64,000 nucleotides of DNA from the human T2T-CHM13v2.0 reference genome, Homo sapiens: assembly GCF_009914755.1 (NCBI RefSeq), contig NC_060944.1; one strand, given 5' to 3'. The first letter of the stretch is position 1. Each line of letters starts with the position of its first letter. The notes under the pieces are model-generated. The model ran no database searches. It was given only the letters and a program-made list of their open reading frames with translations, and had not been told where the DNA came from. Shown here piece by piece: positions 42,886 to 64,000 of the stretch. The position numbers and the translations under genes were made by a program.

Positions 42886-43431
42886 CTATGTGGCCTGAGA
42901 CAAGTCACTTCTCTGAGATCCAGTGGCTGCATCTATGAAATGGGGCTGTAAGTTACTTAGCCTCCAGCATTGTTGTGAAGACTAATGAGATAATGCATGC
43001 TGCCTGGCAGAGTATGGACTCAGAAATATTCATCATTCCACCTCTCTCCTTCATTTTACAGAGGAGGAAACAGAGGCTCAGAGAGGGAAAGAGGTTTGTC
43101 CAAAGTCACAAAGCTAGGGAGTGATGGGGCTGGGATTTGAATTTAGGTGTGGCTGACCCAAACCCTGGTCTCCTCCTACTAAAATCAGGGCTGCCTCCAA
43201 ACAAACAAACAAACAAACAAACAAACAAAAAAACCCGCCAGAGATGAGAGACAAAGAGTTCTTCTTCCACCCAATTCTTTTGGGTTGTTTTTTGTTTTGT
43301 TTCTGTTTGTGTTCTCAAGACAAAATGTCTTTACCGAACATTTGCTTTGGAACCAAGAATAACTTGGGCCACATGAGTAGAAATGAGTCGCCCACCCTGG
43401 CCCTCCCACAGGTGCCATCTCCAGCCACTCA

Positions 43432-43674
<243 letters not shown>

Positions 43675-44014
43675 TCAGGGCCTTACTGTGTGCCAGGCAC
43701 TGCCCCACTGGACAGTAACACACTATGTTCTCTTATCTATGCCTCACTACCACCTACCACCCTGTGAGGTAGGGACCATCACTCACCCATTTATAGCTGA
43801 AAAAGTGAGGCTTAGAAAGGAGAAGAAATGTGCCCAAGATCTCATAGCTGAGAAGTGGCAGGACTAGGACTGGAATTTGGGAATATTGAGGCTTTTTAAA
43901 ATCAAAGACTGTGTTCTCTACCACCTCACTCTTAAGCACCTGCCATGATTATCTTGGTTATTGCCATATCTCCAGTAGCCAGGAGAGAAGGCGGCAGATG
44001 GATCCTGTGCACAT

Positions 44015-56120
<12,106 letters not shown>

Positions 56121-59100
56121 AAAAAGAAAACAGGGTGGTGTGAGACAGTGAGGGGGGCTGGTTTACAAAAGGTGGTCAAGGAGGGCCTCCTCAGGAGATG
56201 CCACGTGAGCAAAGACCAGAAGGATGTGAAGGGAGTGCTCTGGGAGGGGCAGGGAGAAGAGTGTTACAGGCAGAGGCAACAGCAAGTGCAAAGGTACTGG
56301 GGTGGGAGCATGCTCGGTGAGGTTTTCGAGACAGCAGGAGCCAGCGTGGCTGGAGTGGAGAATGTGGGGACGAGACGTAGGCGATGATGCTGGAGATGAC
56401 TTTGTGGACCACGAGGGCCAAGGCCAAGGTGGGAGTCCGGCTCCTATGCCACGCGTGGCAGGGATCCACTGGAGGGTTTGCAGCAGGAGCCAGTAAGTGA
56501 TGTGACCACACCTTTAAAGGGTCATACCAGAGAAAGACAAGAGGAAGGAAGGAGATGTGTCAGGGAACTACCGTGACCCCCCCAGGAGAGCAATGTGGTG
56601 GAAGCAATGGCCATGGTCCCCGGGGAGCCAGACCTAACATCTGAGTCTCCCACTTTCAGCACAGGGCCTTTTGTTCCACACCCAGCAGTTCAGGGAAGCA
56701 GCCACTTCTCTTCCTCCTTTCCCCCTCCCTCTCTACCTCCCTCTGCCCCTGTCTCCTGCTCCCTTTTTCCCTCTACCTGGCTGCCCCCAGTATAACCCAA
56801 AGGGTGGGACAGCTCGTGGACAGGAGCAAATGGCCAGATTTGAGGGCCAAGGCTGGGAAGGATGGGAGCAGAACCAAAGATGAAATTTGAGGGCCTAGGA
56901 AGTGCCTCTCCCAACCATTCCCTCCTCTCCCCAGCCCATCCCGGCTTCTCTAGTCAAAGAGGAGACTTGCAAATTTGAGCTCTGTGAGTCTAAGGAGGTG
57001 CAGGGCCTTGCCTTGTGCCTCATCTTTTTGTGAGCCCCTGGGCTAAGGCCACTTCTCCTGAAGTCTCCACGTGTCGTGCTGCCCAAGTAGCCTTGGAATA
57101 ACTGGTTCATGGCAGCCCCCTTCCAGCCCAGGTCAGAGCCTGGCAGACTGGACCCAGAAGCAGTGATTTTTGCATAAGAGGCAGGAGGGCATGGTCACGA
57201 TGAGCCCAAACTTTAGCACCATACTTCCTGGCTTCAAATCCCAGCCACGCTTCTTGCTGGCTGTGTGACTTAGCTTCTCCATGCCTCTATTTCCTCATCT
57301 GTAAAATGGAAGCAATAATGCTACTGACTGCATTGGGCTGTGCCAAGGATGAGGGGAGTTACAGAGCACCTGGCACCTAGTAGCTGGGAAGCAGCTGAGA
57401 AGCAGGAGCAGTAAGATTCCTGGGCACCATTTACCTAGTGCCAACTACACATCAGGAGCTATACTTGGCATTTTCCAAACGTTTCCTTGTTTGGAAATAA
57501 TGGCTAACATTTAATGAACGCTGATGGTGTGGGAGACACCACACTGAGGACTTTATCCCAGTGACTCAATGAATCCTCCCCCTAACCTTATGAGGAAGCA
57601 ATTATTACTGCCAGGCCCATTTTACAGAGGAGGAAACTGAGGTGCAGAGGGCTAAGTCACATGCCAGAGGGTCCAACATAGAGGACTTGGGTTTCTAATC
57701 CAGACAGGTCTGGCTGCAGTGCCCACCCTCTTGACACTACCCTGGCCCCCAGTCACCCTAAGTGGGCATTTTCACCTCCATTTTGCAGAGATATTCCAGA
57801 GACCTACTCAAATGCAGGCCCTGAAATTTTCTCCTAAAACATCTTTGCAGGCGGGAGCAGGCTTTCTTCCCCTGCCTTTCTCCTGGCTGTGGCCGGAGCT
57901 CCCCAGCGAGCCAGGTGTTATTCCTGGCAGCTTTCCTCTTTCCCCAGAAAAGTCCCAAGGAGGCGCAGACAAAGGCAGGAAGCCCGGAGCCCAGGCGCCT
58001 GACCCCTGATGTTGGCTCCTCCAGCCTTGGGCCCTCAATCCAACTCAGGCCGTGGTCACATTCCAGGGTGACTCAGCCTGCAGCCAGCGGGGGCGAAGGA
58101 GGCTCTGTTTTGGGGACTGTGGGCTCTAGCCCCACCCACGGACACTCTCACTTTTTTTTAGGTACTGCCAGGCCCTGGCGGGCAGGGCGGTGGGCCCTGA
58201 CCTTTCCATCCCCGGCTCCTGCCCACACAGCCGGTTTCCTGCCCACCCTGGGTCAGATCCCAAGGCATCTTTTCTGATTTCCGACTGGAGCCCCATCACA
58301 TGGGTTCCTCTAAAAACGGCCTATTCCTCACTCACTGACCCCTGTCGCCTGCCCTGGATCTCTCTCCCACTTGACCCTTTGTGAACCAGGGAAAGGAGTC
58401 AAGGATGGGATGTCACCCGCCTCCATGCCCCCTGACGTATCGCATCTTCACTAGATGGAAGAGCCATGAAGGGAGGGCGTGTTGTTCACTCCAGCACTCA
58501 GAACAGTGGCTGGTCTGAATGAATCATGTATGCAGTCGGTGCTCAATGGGCAGCACCTGCCTCCCAGAGTTGCTGAGAGGGTTAAGAAAGCCAATGCAGG
58601 TTAAGCACTTGACACAGAGTCCATCTTCTAGATTGTCCAGAGCAGAGGCTGGCATGGTTCAGCTGTGCAATGTTGGGTAGACTGCCCAACCTCTCTGTTC
58701 AATCATTTCAACTCAATGCAGGGCCTTAAGCTCTGGGAGGATTTAATGGGGAACAAAAGGGGGCTTAGTTGCACAGGTGAGCTGGAGCAACCCAAAATTC
58801 TGTTTAACCTGCTTAACCCATTCTTCCCCCAGGGCTCACCCACAGGCCTCCAGGGTTTTCAGTCTGCCATTAACAGGGTTTCCCAGATGCTCTTCCATAC
58901 CTGCCCCGCACTGCTACCACTGTGCATAAAAAGCACGTGGCCTTGCCCTAGTTTTTGTTTTCTGGTTTTTGAAATAGACACAAATTCACAGAATTATTTC
59001 TCAACACAGGAAAAAACAGCAGAGGAAGTACAGTGGTAACTAGAATAGCTGCATGCTGGAGAGGCAATAGGGAGTAGTGGGGACTGTGGCAAGGTTTAGA

Positions 59101-59830
59101 GAGGGTGCTACCACTGAGTCCCAGGAAAGTATTGCTAGATCTTCCCATTTTTCAGAAGAAGTTGGAAATCTAGATTTTTGTGTATGGAATCCCCCAATTT
59201 TCTCCCCATGTCCCACACAGCACAAACCCAGCCCATCCAGGGCTGAATCCAGTCACGGACCACTGTTGGGTGACCTCTGGTCAGTGCATGTTAGAATGAG
59301 ACAGATTTATTTGTGCCTACAAATTCTGCATCCTGCAAGGGCCCAGACCAGCCACTGGGCCACAGTGACCCTCGCTTGATGCCACTATGCCTTCCGGACC
59401 CCCAGAAAAGGAGCCTCCCAACCAAGAGATCTCTCTCAGTGCTCCCTGTGGTGGTCACACAAGCCCAAAGGAAGAGATGCAGTAGCCTGGTGATATGGCT
59501 GGGGCTTGAGAGACCACCTCCATGAGCCACCTCGAAGTACAGATAAACTGAGGCCTGGGAAGCAGGAAGAATGCTTCTGATACTCACAAGGCAAATCAAT
59601 TAGTTTCAAGGGGCCCACAAGCCATACTCCTAACTCTCAGCTCACCACCCTCATGTTCACCGAATGGGGCTCGAAAATTCTTGCTGTAATTGCAGAAATT
59701 TGAATTTGAACTGGGAACTACATGACATTAAGAATTATCTTTTTATATTCTCAGGCAAGAAAATAGAATTGTAGTTGTCAGTTTTATATGCATTCTGAAA
59801 TATTCAAGGGTGGAATATCATGACATCTAA

Positions 59831-61985
<2,155 letters not shown>

Positions 61986-62329
61986 CTATACAGTGTATTG
62001 AGAAAGCCTGACAGGAAAAATAATTCATTTCTTCCCTGAGACATTTATTCACTGTCTTTTTCTTTTCTTGTTTTAAGGCAAATGATTGACTACACAGTTG
62101 TAAATTTCAGCTGAAAAGATGTCTGGAGGTTGAAGAAAAATACAGTGAGCTTATTGTTTGAAAACTCAACTACCATATTGTTTAAAAATCAAAAAGTTCC
62201 CAAGGTTTCCGGAATTTTCAGACACGAATGTAAACTAACTCTCTCTTACGTGGCTCTGTATTAGCTACAAGCTCATGTCTATGTATGTAAGAGTAATTTT
62301 TATGTAAGAGTAATTTTTAAAACATCTGG

Positions 62330-62610
62330 GAGACTGAGGAGGTATGAAAACTAAAGGCAATGTGGTAACTTGGGGCCGGATCCTGGAACAAAAGAGGACA
62401 GTAATGGGAAACTGGATAAAATCCCGTGAAGTTTGAAGTTTAGTTAAGAGTAACGGACCAGTGTTGGTTTTTAGTGGCGACAAATGTCCCATAACAATGT
62501 AAGATGTTAACAATAGGGAAAACGGGGTGAGAGAAATACAGGAACTTTTTGTACTATCTTTGCAACTTTCTGTAAATCCCAAACTAGTCTCAAATAAAAA
62601 GTATATTTTT
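62330..62610 (+). mobile_element. L1MC/MD-like 3' end
   Basis: tgtaagatgttaacaataggg...gtactatctttgcaactttctgtaaatc. Confidence 0.75.
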
Positions 62611-63614
62611 TTAAATATGGAAGGTTCTACCCAGACTCAGCAACAGGAGAGGCCCAGAGAGGGAGAGAGGACTAGACTTCAGGGGCTGGGGGAGGGTTAA
62701 GGGGCTTCGGTCTTACCTATAACAGGATAAATATTTGTGTTAAGTCGAATGTATTCAGCTATTCCTTATGCAATTCAAGTTAACTTAAAAAATATTTTAT
62801 GAAAAGGAGAGCTACAGCTATCTCCTTGATTTGAGGCTGTCTTTACTTTTTCTCCTAAATCACAGATGCTCAATGGAGCTGGAAAACCTTTGGGACCAGG
62901 AGGCTGTGACATCTGACCCTGGCTCCGTTCTGTCCAGGCTGTGGGACCTCAGGGGAAGGTAGAGACTTCATAGGCCTCAGTTTCTCCCTGGCAAATGAAA
63001 TTACTAAGCCCACCGACCCCCGTCTTCCAGACGGGGAATCCCGGGGTGGGTGGTTCCAGGGCATGATCAAGACATCCCCCAGGGGCTCTACACTCCGCTG
63101 GCTCAACACTCCCATCTGTGTAATGGGTTGAGGAGCGAGGCTATCCCTATAGGACTGCCGAAAGCAAGGCAGGGTTTGACAGCGCGTAGGTGGGTGCCAG
63201 GTGCAGGCAGAGGCTGGAGAGTGGAGAGCGCTTCTTCCACCCGGGCCACGCAGAGGCTGTCCCCGCACGGCTCCCCACCCACAAACCCTCGGTCCTCACC
63301 TGAAACCCCCTCCTAGGTCCCTGCCGTCGCGCTAAGGGCCAGACTCGGACTTGTCGCGGTGGGCGATTCGCCCCGGGGGACCTACCGGACCCCGCACCTT
63401 CCCACCTTGCACCTTCTTGGCAGGGGGAGCACGGCCTGGCCCCCTCACCCACGTGCGGGGCCCCGGGACTCCCACCTCCGAGGGTCTCGCCTTGCCCAGG
63501 ATACTGGAGCGGGACTCGGGCCGGGCCGGCCGCGGGCTCCGAGACCCTTGGGCTGCAGCCCGGGCGGGAGCCGCCCCCTTTGTCTGGCGGGGCCGAGCGG
63601 AGCAGGACACTCAC

Positions 63615-63688
63615 CGCGTGCGGCGGCGGCTCAGTAGCAGCAGCAGCAACAGTGCGGCCAGGAGGCCGAGGAGCGCGGCCCAAGCCAT
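63615..63688 (-). CDS. PTGIS: PTGIS exon 1 (coding part): N-terminal ER signal-anchor MAWAALLGLLAALLLLLLLSRRRTR
   Basis: ATG at 63688-63686 in context gcgATGG; donor CG|GTGAGT; 74 nt. Confidence 0.98.
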
Positions 63689-63693
63689 CGCGG

Positions 63694-63747
63694 GGCTGGC
63701 GGGGCTGGCGGGGCTGGCGGGGCTGGCGGGGCTGACGGGGCTGGCGG
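63694..63747 (-). repeat. 9-bp VNTR (CCGCCAGCC) x6 directly upstream of the ATG, one unit variant (CCGTCAGCC)
   Basis: Plus strand GGCTGGCGG x4, GGCTGACGG, GGCTGGCGG; a known polymorphic Sp1-type repeat of PTGIS. Confidence 0.95.
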
Positions 63748-64000
63748 CCTGGCCCACTCCCAGGTAAAGTTCCCCGCCCCCACCCGCCGCGCCCCTCCCA
63801 CTCCGCCCACCCCAGCCCGCTTTGGGGCGGGGTGGGGGGGGTGGGGGATGGGGCCCTCCGAGGTCCGCAGGGGTCGGACCGGGGCGCTCTGGGAGAAACC
63901 CTGCTCCCCGCAGCTCAGGCCTGGGGGAAAATGTGGGAGGGAGGGGAGGGGAGAAGGAGGGGGAGGGGGAGGGGGCGGAAGGGATGTGGTGGGCTGGGGA

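Larger units (their letters stand above)
63170..64000 (-). promoter_or_regulatory. CpG island / TATA-less GC-box promoter of PTGIS
   Basis: High CpG density around exon 1; GC boxes CCCCGCCCC (63772-63780) and GGGGCGGGG (~63824-63832); G-run-rich upstream. Confidence 0.92.

Noticed and set aside
63147-63767. Several 90-180 aa ORFs over exon 1
   Set aside because: GC-rich CpG island with few stops; the real exon 1 frame is different

Overview
Human genomic DNA containing the complete coding region of PTGIS (CYP8A1, prostacyclin synthase) on the minus strand. Ten exons, all bounded by GT-AG, were assembled by hand: 63688-63615, 45781-45658, 43611-43433, 40064-39921, 35337-35186, 19856-19675, 10011-9843, 8877-8696, 6795-6644 and 3680-3536. 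They sum to 1503 nt (500 aa plus TGA) with consistent splice phases. The CpG-island promoter and a 9-bp VNTR sit at the right edge, and the long Alu-containing 3' UTR probably runs off the left edge. Introns are filled with Alu, L1, L2, MIR, DNA-transposon and LTR relics, including an ~7.7 kb MER4-group provirus with a tRNA-Arg PBS. Almost all ORF-track entries are repeat or low-complexity artefacts. I see no new gene or system. The most interesting unexplained features are RNA-level and structural: an in-frame 124-codon open extension behind a UGA-C stop, Alu-tail poly(A) signals that could switch a 3' UTR inverted-Alu duplex on or off, a regenerated donor at the exon 8/9 junction, a 118-bp direct repeat bracketing exon 8, an RBFOX motif cluster after exon 6, a sense THE1 LTR just before exon 6, a 78-nt hairpin and a 101-nt AG-free zone before exon 2. 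These are hypotheses from sequence alone. Repeat subfamily names are from recalled consensus sequences and repeat boundaries are approximate.
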